The notes under the pieces are model-generated. The model saw only the letters and a list, made by a program, of their open reading frames with translations. It was not told the origin of the DNA and did no database searches. Positions 13,817 to 26,527 of a stretch of DNA of 64,000 nucleotides are shown in pieces. The first letter of the stretch is position 1, and each line of letters starts with the position of its first letter. The translations under genes were made by a program, and so were the position numbers. Origin of the DNA: Enoplolaimus lenunculus (lineage: Eukaryota); NCBI GenBank assembly GCA_030248215.1, contig JASANG010003345.1:62001-126000 (forward strand), read 5' to 3'.

Positions 13817-16800
13817 ATGACGTCAGCATCCGGTGCGGCCTTGCTATCTGTAGCCGCATGTATTTCACTTATAGTTTGTGCCAAACTTGGAGCAGTAAGT
13901 TTCAGCTCTTTGTTTACTGCCTACCTGATATCCATCCCCTGTCAGAAATTTTTTATGCTAAAATGGTAAGCTCCCTTATACCTTACAGTTATTCTCTTCG
14001 GAAAATTTTTTTGTTACAAACACAATTTTTGCGCAGAATCTTTTTGTGATAAAATGATAAGGTCACACTCACTACCTTACAACAATTTTGCGCCCTCAGA
14101 AAATTTTTTGGTGATGAAATAGTTAAAGGTGCCTACTTTACACTTTTTGTGCGATCCATGACATCATAACATTGCCCAGCCCGCCCCATTCCCGTCTAGA
14201 ATTCTTGTATCTGCTTCTGTGAATATCATCTGTGCTAAAATTCAGACCGACCTGATTACAAATTGTGCCAAAAACTTAAAATATTTGATATGCTCGTGTT
14301 GTTTCGGCAAAACACCTTTTACCCTATTTTAACTCGAAAACCCATTGTAAAAGCTTCAAATGAACAATTTGCATATCAAACGTTGTAGCAAAACAGAACT
14401 TTTGAACTGGATGAGTACCTCATCTTCGTTTCCCCTCGGGTCTGCGGTTAATTGATGTTAGAAACTAATGTTTGGGCAGGACTCTTAACTCTGCTTTAAC
14501 TTCGTACAAGCGTAGAAAATATTGGTGAGACAAACGCACGATCAGCACGGCTGATTCAGAAATTTTTTTGACGGCTGACGCGGTGAAAACTGCGCTTTCG
14601 AATGAAGCCAGCTAAAAGCCAAACACAATTTTAGTGTAAAATCTAAATACAAAATTTTAGTTTTGATCCCTGTTTAGGACTTATGCCTGGGCAAATAGTC
14701 AAAATCGGTTTTTTGCCTTGTTTTTCAGCATGGATTAATGGTTCCAAGATCAGCATTGCGTAAAATTATGCAAGACGAAGGAATGTGGTACGACAACATC
14801 ATGGCTGAATCGCCAAGTGAAATGGCAATGAAATCTTTTCCTGAAGTCGATGTAAGCATTGAGTGGTGGAGCTATAAGTGTAGCGTTGTTCGGCCACGTA
14901 CGGCGTCGAAGTCATCCGCAACTTTAAAATTTTTTGGACTACAAATTGGTATGCGGTGGCTTGTGACAGTTTATGTACGTTGCCGGACAGCAGTAAAATA
15001 GTCAAAACGTATAGCTCAACCCTTAGGTTTTATCGTTTGAAGCACAGTACCAAATTTTGGCACTGTTTATACACAGCAAAAAATGGTGAGTCAACTTGAC
15101 TCTCTCCGAAATAGGCTCTACGGGACTACACAAACTGGGTCAAATCGCGACTCCGCCAGAGTCAAATTCGACTCACTAAGTCGCATGTTTGACTCTGGCG
15201 GAGTCGAATTTGACTCCGTTTGTGTAGAGTCGTATAGCTTATTTCGGAGGGAGTCAATTTGACTCATCATTTTTTGCAGTGTATATTCTTAAATTTATTA
15301 AAGAAATATGGTTTTTTCTCTAACTTCGCCGCGACCTGGTAACTGTTTTTCTATGAATATTTGGTATTTCAACTGACGTCCAATTTCAATCTGTATAATT
15401 TGATCCGTGGACTCTTGACTAGAAGCAGTTTATTATAATTCTAACGTCTCTTGTAAATTTTTGTGCTTTGGTTTTCATTTAAATTATAGCTCGTCACGCG
15501 TACAATGCAGCAGAAATTGTCAAAGTATCCAGTGGTAGGCCGGTTGTTTTAGGATCAAATTGGCATAGCCGAAGTTTACAGCCTATCCGGTGTCGTATAA
15601 ACATTTAATTCTGCCATGTCGTCTTACCTTCCAACTGCCACTTATTCCGGCTGCCATATTTTGAACCGGCCATACTTGTAACCTGCCATAATTTCAACCT
15701 ACCTTATACTCTGTTTCTTGTATCTTAACTTAATTTCACACTGAAAATCTCTTGTTTCAGGGTAACGATACTGACGAAGATAATTGCCTATCATATTTCA
15801 CGTATTGGTTATGTGGTCGACCTCCCAGTAACGTGAGCTGTTTTGCTACTGTATTTATATTACGTTTCGACTTTGCGTTTTCACCGAACGAGTCTGAGTC
15901 TCTTCCGGTAGACATCGGTCGTTTCCGCTTTGCATCGAGAATTCTTTTAAGCCAGCTGGTGATTGTTTGTACACACGTGCGGTTTGTTATCAAATTCCGA
16001 CCCACAGAAGTATTAGAGGTAACGGATTAGGCACCCATGAATGTGAACGACAATTTGTCGCACGCTGTGTTCAATAACGCCCTTAGATTCGTAGAATTTT
16101 TAAACTTTAAATTAGTCAAAACTTTTTTCCATAATACAACGGGGGTGAACGGGCGTTCCATGAACCCCTCTAAATCTGCCCCGAATATATATTCAATTTG
16201 TGATCGGGCTAGTAGATTTTTCAAACCAATGAATGATAGAGGTTCGAACGTTTTTTTAAATCTTTTGCAATTGACTCCGCTTAAATCAGTGTAGATTATG
16301 GGATGCGTACTCAGAACAAGTGTAATTAGTTGAATCTTTGTTACAAACTGGCAATAGGCCGCTACTGTATTGACACGAATAAGAGGGGGTAATAAGAGGG
16401 AGGGGGTCCCCATTTTGGGTCCGAATTAATAGGAATCCGTATCCCTAACAAGAGTCCGTAAGCGGATAGAGTCCCTAAACCTTAACTAGAGTCTATAAAC
16501 GTCAATTAACCCTAATTGTAGCACATAAATGACTCCAGGACCGAATAATTTGAGTTCGAAACTTTAAAGCCTGCTTAAATTTTGAAAGTACATTCCTAAG
16601 TATCACCTTTTATTATTGCTCAAACTATTGAAACGAGACAAATATAGATTTTATTCAACGGATAGTTGCAGTACCGCATATATATCAGTAACGAAGGGCA
16701 GCAGAGCGTGGGTTAAAAATAAATAACAGTCCGTAACCGAATAACAAGGGGGTTACCCTCTGGAGACGCTAAATAAATATCAGTCCCCCTCTTATTCGGG

Positions 16801-19800
16801 TCAATACAGTACACACATATGAAAACACAGCGCATACAGATTTTGTTTAATTCTAGCATCGGAAACGTCACTGTGGTCAACGCTGTCGCAACTCCATATC
16901 AAACATCCAATCAAGATTAGTAAAGCTAATTCAGATCGAAGAATCCGCCTCGGTTAGACCCGAGCACAGCTCCTTGAAGTCGCCACAAGTTCCCTATTCT
17001 ACTGACAACACCAGTTCTTTAAACTTACCGATTTCACCTTACTCTTCTTCTCAAAATCCCACAAATTCTAATTACAGTCATAGCTATGTGACCTTTGATC
17101 ATAGTTCTAAAAATTATCCAACCCGCGAAGACGAATGGCTTGAAAGGCCGGATACCCTTTCGCAGTCCCACAATCCGAAACTTCAGCTAGCGGGTCAAAA
17201 GAAAAACCCAAAAAAGCGAATATCAAACACGGCAAACCAAAACCCTTCAACCACATTTCAGGCTAAGTATCAAGTCCACAGTGCAGCTTTGGATATTGAT
17301 GGAATTGAATTTCTAAGTCGTCAACGGAGAAAGTTGCGATTGAAACATTGGAAAACTAATATTAACGAAGATTTCAGCGAAATTTTAATGCTAAATCAAA
17401 CTTCTGTTTCGACCAGTAACTATAATAATTTAAGAGATAACAGTTTTTCAGTTACGCAGAACGCTTCGAACTTAGCTAGTCATAGGGCCGAACCAAACAT
17501 GGCGATTGGAGGCCAAAGTGACCCATCATTGAACTGGACGTTTAGGAAGAATTTTGGGACAGGTAATTGGAATTTTCGAGCGCCTCTGGAACGAGGACAG
17601 AGGGCTGAGCAAGGGCAATCGGTGACATTTAGCGAATCTGTGATCGAGAAACAGGATGCTCAAGAAAATGTCAAAAATAATCAAGATGATGTGATTCGAA
17701 ACCGGATACGAAGAAAACGGTTTAGCGAAAACGAAATTCAAGGTAAAGTCAAACGAGTTCGATTGTACTGGGTAATTTGACGACTGCAATTATAGGGGGC
17801 ACCACTTCTTACCCGCACGGACATCTTCGCTCCAACTGGCTGAGAAACTTATTGTTAACATCAAAGAATTCTATGTAAGAAAATTCTTTCTCGCAAACTC
17901 TATATACCTCGCTGTTCAAAACTAGTAACAATTCCTTGGTTCGGCCTTGGCTCATATAGTCAAATGTGTATAACCACAAGTATCAGTAATACTAACAGGT
18001 TTTCAAACTTGCTAAATGTTGCAGTTGTCGAACTCAAAATTGACACAGCAGTAGAGCGAATTATATGCGAAGAATGTGGTGAATTTTGAGCATCAGCATT
18101 CACTGGTTCGAAAGTTACAAAACCTATCATTTCGGTAATGGGTGCTACACACATTTGAGAATTCGGGCCCATGAGTTAAACAATTTTACTGAGTTAGCGA
18201 GTGAAACTCATGAAAAGTTGAGCTGTATAACTTTAAGGATATAATTAATGACATAAACAGTTTAGAATGAGTGTTATAGGCAACAGTATTCATCAGCTTA
18301 AGCCTGCATTCTCAATTGTGCGTCGCACCTAACACCAGTTTTTGATAACTCTTGTAACGTCCTAAAAAGCAAATGGCCGACAGAGGCAGTTAGCACATTT
18401 GTCAGGTTTACACAACTTCATTGCCAGATTTTGAAATCTGCAACTGCAGGACTTTCCTAGTTTGAATTTAAAAAGCTATCGCTACTGGCAATATATAAAT
18501 GCTGTACACATTTGAGAATATCAGCCCTTATTTCCGGCGTTGTCACAAAGATGTATCCGGATTGAAATAAGTTAAAGCGGAAGTTGGAAACAGTAGCGTC
18601 TATTTGCTCTGCATGAAATATTCGGTCAAATGAAAAGAGCAACATTTCGGTATAGACATTATTGTTTACACAAAATGCGTTCAGTGGCATACGATTATCG
18701 TACTGTGTTATACATCTTTCACAATATCTTGCGACCACCATGTTATAATTTCCGAATGCTTACGGTTTTGCCTGACCAGGAAGTATTTTCTAGCGGACCC
18801 ATGGAACCCCAGGAAAATACCATGCTCCGCATGCCCCATGAAAATAACACGTTTTATAACAAACAAATTTAACAGCATTTTAGAGCTGTTTATCTGTTGA
18901 TTTCCAAACTTTAGTGCACTGTTAAACTTAATTTTAAGGAATGGAAGGTTAGAAAAATGCGAAGAACAGTAAAAATTTTAGTTCTCTAGCTTTCCAATAT
19001 TTGGCCCATGTAAAGATCAGGGGCGGAACGTTTTCTTGTGGGGCTAGAAAAGAGTAAATTTAAGCTTTAGACTAATCTTTTTGCTTGGCTTAGGCTTAGG
19101 CTTAGGCTTAGGCTTATTAATAAACTCATAGTTGAATTGATTAATCAACTCATTGAAATTTACAGTGTTCGGATGTCCAACATTTCAGGACAAGTGTACA
19201 TTTTGTACTGCCGAGACGCCGGGCATATTCGCCACAAAAATTACGTTTCGCTGTGTGGATTTTGTCGGACCCTACGAAGACTGCCACCGCGATACTTTCC
19301 AAATTGGTTCAACCAGGTCCATTGTACTGGCCAGCGTGGATGTTTAGGAGGTATAATTCACTATAAAACCATTCGCCAATGCATAGAACAAGGTCGCAAC
19401 AGTAGTATAAGCATATTGCTGAGCCGAAGCTTTTACGGATAAGCTTTTATTTTTTAAATCAAAACCAAAGCAAAAAATTTAACCTAAAGCTAAATGTTAC
19501 TCAATTGCCTGTGCCGCAGAAAAACGTTCGGCTCCTTATTTTCATATTGGCCAAAACTACTTTGATCTACCGGCATTGACCTTCGCACGAACCGAGTTAG
19601 CCTTTTTTCACGTGAATATTTTCTATTTGATCTGAGATCTAATTACAGGCTAGGTTTCAACCTTAACCGACAAGAATCGGATGCGTTTCCCATCACCACT
19701 CGGCTATAATTGAGCTTAACGCTCGACCTCGATTGGGCTTTTAGAGATTTTGTACTGCGTATACTCGTTGTAATAATTATCCCAAGTATACAATGCGCAT

Positions 19801-20684
19801 TTTTCAGTTTTACACATTGCACTGACTTGCTCATAGTCAGCGTTATGTGACAAAAGGGTTATAGTCAATCTCTGAAACGATTTAATTTACGACTTAATTT
19901 GCAAATTCGACTTAACTTTTTTACATGTGTTAAGTATTAATCAAAATATACCATTGTAAAAGAGAATAAAATATTAGTTTTCGAGAGATACGAGTAGAAG
20001 TTCAACAACATTAACTTAAAGCAGTATTAATTGTTTAGTAAAACTAAACTTTTAGATGATCCTTATTGAGTCGATTGAAAGTTATAACAGTTAAAGCCAG
20101 AAAACTCACATTATATTTTGAATAAGGGTTAAAGTTATGTTTCTGAAACCCAGCAGGTTGGGCAAGAAATGAGAAAAAATTGTTATAAAGTGAACGAATA
20201 CCTAAAGTCGCCCGAAGCCTTGGTACATTTTACAGCACAAAATAGCCAATGTATAGAATGTGGCCGTAACAGTAGTATAAACAATGCCTAAGCGTGAAAG
20301 CTTAAGCTTACTCTGTTGCAGTCCCGCAGAAAAACGTTCCGCCTCTCATGTTTACTTACATTTGCCTATTAAATGAAGAAAATTAATACATCGTTTTGTC
20401 AGAAGAAAAATTATCTACTTTTTTGCTGCGTTAATAGCAACAAATACACAAATAAAGGTTTCACATGAATAATAATTCAATTTTCTTATTTTATTTAAAT
20501 ATTTTGGTTTTCAACAGGAGCGCATGGCGATTGCCTTCAACGAAGTTTGTATTTTCAAATATTTGAAAACGTCGGTAGCGAAGATTTTCCCGATTGGAAA
20601 AAAGTAATTATTCAAATACCGGTTTGTTGCGACTGTGCGATGAATCATAATTCACCATATCGACACTTGCTTGGTATTGAATAA
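13817..20684 (+). CDS. Secreted cystine-knot precursor (Trunk/PTTH/Noggin-like fold), about 510 aa
   Basis: GT-AG, phase-consistent exons 13817-13894 (signal peptide MTSASGAALLSVAACISLIVCAKLGA), 14729-14851, 15490-15534, 15761-15832, 16857-17742 (ends RNRIRRKRFSENEIQ), 19189-19350 (YC..SLCGFCRTLRRLPPRYFPNWFNQVHCTGQRGCLG), 20518-20684 (HGDCLQRS..FENVG..PDWKKVIIQIPVCCDCAM..stop). Total 1533 nt = 511 codons. AATAAA at and just after the stop. Exons 3-4 are symmetric phase 0 and less certain. Confidence 0.8.
15072..15281. mobile_element. 210-bp palindromic CACTG-ended MITE, family D
   Basis: TA|CACAGCAAAAAATGGTGAGTCA...TGACTCATCATTTTTTGCAGTG|TA, near-complete hairpin; second full copy at 60375. 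Confidence 0.9.
16365..16809. mobile_element. Tc1/mariner-like MITE, family E
   Basis: TA|CTGTATTGACACGAATAAGAGGGGG...CCCCCTCTTATTCGGGTCAATACAG|TA. Confidence 0.9.
19003..19115. mobile_element. Truncated TTAGGC MITE, family A
   Basis: GGCCCATGTAAAGATCAGGGGCGGAAC followed by about 4 TTAGGC units, then truncated. Confidence 0.8.
19374..19552. mobile_element. Degenerate family A MITE
   Basis: GCCAATGCATAGAACAAGG..AGTAGTATAAGCATATT...AAAACGTTCGG..ATTGGCC. Confidence 0.7.
20244..20365. mobile_element. Internally deleted family A MITE
   Basis: Both family A ends present with most of the TTAGGC core missing. Confidence 0.7.
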
Positions 20685-20822
20685 ACAATAAATTTCTGTA
20701 CCAATTTCAATATTAAAAACCAGAAACGTTTTTTAATTGCTACAAGTAGCGGCGGTTCTATAAAGGATTGGAACATCTATATGAATAATAGGACCTCAAC
20801 GAAATGGACCAGAGGTCCCGAC

Positions 20823-21282
20823 TTGGGACGCAAAATTTTTTTGTTAAAAAGTTTACACAAAACATATACCATTTGACGCAGCCTGTGGAGCTGAGTCCAA
20901 TTGTGTTAATAACCCCACATTAACACGTGTCACACAAAATGTTCTGACACGTGTTAGGGTGAGGTTAACAGAGAAATTTAAGGTAAAGTAGGGTTAACAA
21001 GTGGCAATTTTAAAATTTGCCACTCATTAACCCCAACGCTGGGCAATTTCGGTGGCAAAGGGAAAAAAGATAAAGTGGATGCTGCATTAACGAGTTTATA
21101 ATCAAATAACTAATTTGGCACCGCTCCGAATCGTTGGCAGCGTGCCAAATTGGTTTTTTGACCGTAATTTATTAGCCAAACGTTTGATGTAAAAAACTTA
21201 ATACAATTGGACTCAGCTGCATCGGCTGCGTCGAATGGTATATAATTTGTCTAACTTTTTAACAAAAAAGTTTGAATCCCAA
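20823..21282. mobile_element. Long-TIR (about 85 bp) non-autonomous element
   Basis: Arms 20823-20909 and 21198-21282 are inverted copies (TTGTTAAAAAGTT..ATACCATTTGACGCAGC..GCTGAGTCCAATTGT). Confidence 0.8.
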
Positions 21283-22493
21283 CGTTTCTTTGTTCATGAA
21301 CTGATTGGTCTGTATCTGCAAACCGAAACCCATCGCAAGCAGTTGTGTAACTGTTAAGCTTTGCACAATTTTTATTACAAACTAGGCGTAATTTTGGCTT
21401 CTAGTGTAAATTGTGACACACGAACTGATTCCGATTGGTGGAGCCGCGGAGCGCTTGTGTAATTGTGAAGCCGTTCACAATATTTATTATTATGTTTAGT
21501 TTTCAGCTGGTCAGCTTTGAGAATTTGACTTTGATGTCTTCCTTTGAACAGCGCCGCTGCCATTTTCGAAAACTGAACAGGGAATACCTTGCGAGCAAGT
21601 CGAGCATGAAGCCAGGCGCCGTTTTTATCTTAGAAGCCAGTCGCAGTTTTTTATGTAATACAAATTATAACGGCCGAACTGATTAAATAAACAGGGCCGT
21701 GACCACCCCCTGGGTACGTCTCTGACCACTGGACGAATTTCAGTCGAAAAAGTTTGACGTAACACGGTAGACCCGTCGTGCTTGAAAGTCAACTTCTTAT
21801 AGCTGAGTGGTGAAGATAAAACGCCTCGCCGCAGACCGTTTAGTGTCTCTATTCAAATGCTAAATTGCACGAGTTCGTCAGTTTGAAAACCTATCGTCAA
21901 CTAATGATAGATATTATACGCAATTGTAAATATAGGCCGTGATTTAGGTTTACACCTGAAAGCCGACGTCTATACCTGTTTGTCAAACCGCTCAAACCTC
22001 GCTGCCTGTTTTGTGTCGGTAAAACTGTTTGATCATTGGTAGTTTACGTCTGTGTTTAGGATCCTCTATGAACATATCTGGGGGCAATTTGAATAAACGA
22101 AAAAATATATACTTTGTACATCTTAAGATTAACAATCTACACTTCAATAAATAGTTAACCAAGGCATATTCTATTACATACTTTCTCTATTGTCAACTAG
22201 ACAAATTTGACATTTGTCTCTGATTTAAAGTATTAATTCAAAATTGAGTAAAATCAGACCTGTATCACAGAATTGAACTGGGTCTGACTCTGAGAGATAA
22301 CCAAATTCAGAGTCAGTTTTTGGTTTAGAGTCTTATAAAAATTCTCACTCAGCATAATAATACGGTAACTCAACACTTTTTACATTGTAAAGCTTATTTA
22401 AAATAGGTAAACACATTTGGCGTTACGCAGTCTCACCCACAAGCTAAAACCCAAGCTAAAACCCAAGCTTAAACGTTAGTCTAAACGTAAGCA

Positions 22494-22672
22494 GGCCAAA
22501 GAAGAGTACAGAGCTGTATCAGTAGTATAAGCAAATTTCTAAGCCTAAGCATAACCGTTAGAATTAGGTTTTACCTAAACCTAAGACTAAGCAAAAAATT
22601 CGTTCAAAATTAGAAGCATACTCTATTGCATAACCACAGAAAAACAGTTTTGCCACTGACCTTACATTGACA
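22494..22672. mobile_element. Degenerate family A MITE among degenerate GCCTAA tracts
   Basis: AGTAGTATAAGC..CTAAGCCTAAGC..ACTCTATTGCA..CACAGAAAAAC internal motifs. Confidence 0.6.
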
Positions 22673-23919
22673 CCAAAGCGCAAAAACAAGCCTAAACCTA
22701 GCCTTGAATCTTAGTCTAAGCCTAATCCTAAGTTTGAGTTTTGTAAAGTTAGAAAGTATAATCAACTTTTTTTAAAATTTTCTTTCTAGTTGTAAAATCC
22801 AGTATGATTTTTTCAGTTCTTTTAGTACCGTTTCATAATTTCACAAAACTCTGCGGTGCATCTTCATAAATTGCGTCTGGAACAAATTATAAGTGACATT
22901 TTTGGTGTTCAAATCGCTGTTTCAAAAAGTAAATTAATTGAATATAAAATGAATAAATTTTCAATTAAGTAACTTTTTTGCCAATGAAATCCTACTTTAA
23001 ATATTCACTTTGATTTCAAATATTTTCAAACAGAAAAAAAGACAGTCTTGTTTCGTTTCAGTAATATTTTTAAACCAGCGGCGCCTGCATTTCTTCAATT
23101 TGTTATACGATTGTGCACTGTTGTTAGGTAAGGTTGATGCTTTTCGGGTTTTTTTTTCGAGTCTGAGTTTAAGTAATTTTAATTTTTAATTTTAAGAGTC
23201 GAGATGTCATGAGTTTTAAAATTTTTTCAATATCGTTTTTGGAATTTTACTGCGGTTGTCCTGTACCACATATTAAGGATTAAGTGTGGTCTCAAGAGTT
23301 GCTTGATTTGATTAAAATTTAACATTTCTGTTTTAATATATGGTTTGCATTTTCACTGGAGATTATTTATCAATGACGGGGGCTTCAAGTTTAAGTGTTA
23401 ATATGCTTAGCGATCTGATTGAGTAATTTGATGTTGCTATTACGCAAACAGACCATATTTTGGATCGATTATCAACACAAGGATACGCCCCCGACCGCTA
23501 CCGGAAAAATTGTCAAAAAGCAGGTACGCAGCCAGTTTAAATGTCTTCTTCGCCGAAGAACTAAGTTGGGCTAAAGGTAGTGCTAGTAAAATTTTAGCAG
23601 ATTCAATAAAAGCTATTTGGTCGACTCGTTTTGTTCATAGATTCAACTAGCTGTCCGGATTTGCATAGTGAGCAAAGGTGTTAGCGAACGCACAAAACTC
23701 TGCATGCAAAGTTTTGTTTCAAAGAACAATCACGTTTATGTTTAAGAAATTGTTTTAAACAATGTAATGCTGGAAATTTGCCCAAAATACGAATTTGGGG
23801 CGTTATAGCTTTGATTATATAGGTTTGCCAATACTGCGTGTCACTAAGAGCCTGTTTTATTTTTCGTTTGGCTTTTTTTACAATAAAAGAGCTAAAAATG
23901 TTATTATGACATGTTTCGA

Positions 23920-24134
23920 AGTTTCCGATAAAAAATCAGTGTCCGTTTTCGTTTGCGTTATCGGTATAATGGGAATTCTGTAATTTTTATGTTTTAAATT
24001 AGTTATACGCCTCAAATATGTTGACAGAAAAATAAAACAAAAATTTTTATCGTGCAATATCCGTTTTCTGTTTCCGTTATTTTCATCACTATTCGTTTGC
24101 GTTTCCGTTACTATTACTATCCGTTTACACCCTG
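23920..24134. mobile_element. hAT-like MITE fragment, family G
   Basis: CCGTTT repeats and CCGTTTACACCCTG end shared with the 62835 element; further fragments near 55080-55170 and 57487-57600. Confidence 0.7.
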
Positions 24135-24989
24135 CTACTTATGTAGCACATTTATGTTTAATTTTGGATTTTTACGCACCGATATGGAACTGTGTTTAAC
24201 ATCTGTTAGCCGTATATGGCCCGGTTCGATAATATTTTGCCACTGAATCAAGTTTAACTAAAATTAAATACTCAACATGGCTTTGCTACTGTTGCGTAAA
24301 ATTTTTACTCAGCAAATTTCGTAGATCACTTGTTTAAAAGCGTTTTGCCAAATAGCGATAAGTGCTGTAGCCAATAAAGAATACTTACAATAAACACAAG
24401 CCAAAAATACCAATAATTATATTTTAGATTAGAAATATTAAACCTTGACCTCATTGCCATACACATTCCTATTTTGAAATTAAAGTGAAAACATTTGGAA
24501 TTTCTGTTTTTGTCTTGAATTTTGTTGATCAAAGACGTGATATTTCAAAAAGTATCTTTCCAGTCGCGGGTTTTTAATTTTACAGCCGAAAGTACTTTTT
24601 GTTTATTTCCTACTTAAAATTTATTTAAAATTCTTTTGAAATTATTTTCAAATTAAGCAAACAGTCTCTTCGTTAATGGTCATAAAGTTTCAATCTCGAT
24701 GGCATGCATTGTTTGCAACTGCATTCTAATTTCAAATAATTTTTTTGCAATTGAGTGATGTTTCAAGGTTCAAAATTTTAAATTTAGAAAGAAAACAATG
24801 ACAGTTGAATTTCATGTAATTTTTACAACAATGCATCATGGTCGTCCAGACTTAAAATTTTTTCAAACATTCCAATTTCAATTTTCGCTACACGATGACA
24901 TAAGCGAATCTGGGCGACATTTTTTCTATGAGTGTCTCAGCGATCAAAACAAATATTTAAAAATTCCAGTTACCAATGTTAAAATTTTT

Positions 24990-25169
24990 GTCCCATGAAA
25001 AGATTAGGGCGGAATGCTTTTCTGCGGGACTGCAATAGAGTAAGCTTAAGTGTCAGACTAATATTTTGCTTAGGCTTAGGCTTACGTAGTAATTGATTCT
25101 TAAGCTTACGCTTTAGGCTTAGGAATATGTTTATACTGCTGTTACCGACATATTGTGTATACATTGGCC
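24990..25169. mobile_element. TTAGGC-core MITE, family A
   Basis: Family A ends; [19 protein letters not shown]. Confidence 0.8.
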
Positions 25170-26367
25170 AAATTATTTAAATTGAGATATAACCAGCAAT
25201 CTAAGCAAAAGTGATGGTAGAGCAAAAACCTCCCGACCTGATATTAATTAATCACAGTACAAAATGAAACATTCAGTGTAGGCAAAATGTCGCGTTACAC
25301 GACTGCTGTGTACTTTGACTAGGCAAAATGTAGTTCGACACGATAACTGTTCATTGTTCAATGTGCAAAACGTTTCGTGTCATGATTACTGTTCATTTTG
25401 AATAAGCAAAATGTCACGCAGAACGGTAAGCTCTGTATGAAAAGGAGCCCATTGACTGGTTGTTTTCACAGTGCAACGTTTAGTAATTCGCTAATCAAGC
25501 TTGCATGCACGCTTACATGCATGCATTTATTAGTATGTGTGTGTAAATTTTCAGAATATACACATTTGCATTTACAGGGAAAGTTGACGTTTTTGCTCGC
25601 TGAAATCAAATTTACACGTCTGGAATAAAAGCAGAAAAACGAAAATTTTTTGCACAATTTCAGAACAAAATATTACAAGTTTCACACGATTGAACAGAAC
25701 GGATGGGCCTCTGGGCGAGCCAAAATATGTCTGCTACGCTTGATACTTTTGCATTTACACACATATTTATAGACTATTACAATTGCACTAATACTGCAAA
25801 ATTATGTATCTTAAGGCGACAAACAATACATAATAAAACCAGACAAACTGTCATACGACGACGCAAATCTGTAACGTTGCACTGTGTAAAAATCACAATT
25901 GCGTGCACAAAATATTGCTGATTGCACGCATACAAATTGCAGTTTGCATGCAGAAAAAAACAGCAACATAAAGCAAAAGTATACTATATAAAACTGTCAG
26001 AATCGTTTTAACCCTGGACATTTCGTTAAACGCGATATATACAAACACAATCATACGAAACTAAAACACCTTTAGGGGCAACAGGCAGAACATTATATAA
26101 ATTAGTCAAATTGTACAGAGTGTAATTTTTTGTTGCAGTTTTCAGTTGTAATATTTGCAAATTCTCGCGCAGTTTTTGCTGTTTTCTGAAATCATTTAAC
26201 CAAGTCGTTGCAATACACTTTTGTTCAGATATTAAAAAAAAGATCTGTCTACACTGAGACAATGAAAAATAAAGCTGTGATTTCAACTACTTTTGCCTAG
26301 AAATTTCCTATGGTTTAGAGGATGTCTACTTAAAACTGTATTATCACTGATCAGAGCAATTTCTGCA

Positions 26368-26527
26368 GTTGTTTGTTGTTGTTGTTGTTGTTGTTGTTGT
26401 TTTTGGTTTGAAATCACGAGTAACATTTTATACGTTGCGTTTTCTGTCTTAAAACTTTTCTTGTATTCTGTATCGCATAACTTTGCCGTATCCTGCATTA
26501 TGTTGTTGTTGTTGTTGTTGTTGTTGT
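26368..26527. repeat. Two (GTT)n microsatellites
   Basis: Runs at about 26368-26400 and 26502-26527. Confidence 0.9.

Noticed and set aside
17796..18872. Extra exons of the cystine-knot gene (17796-17874, about 18597-18872)
   Set aside because: Splice-like sites exist, but the direct 17742-19189 join is in phase and gives a coherent furin site plus knot; there is no support for including them.
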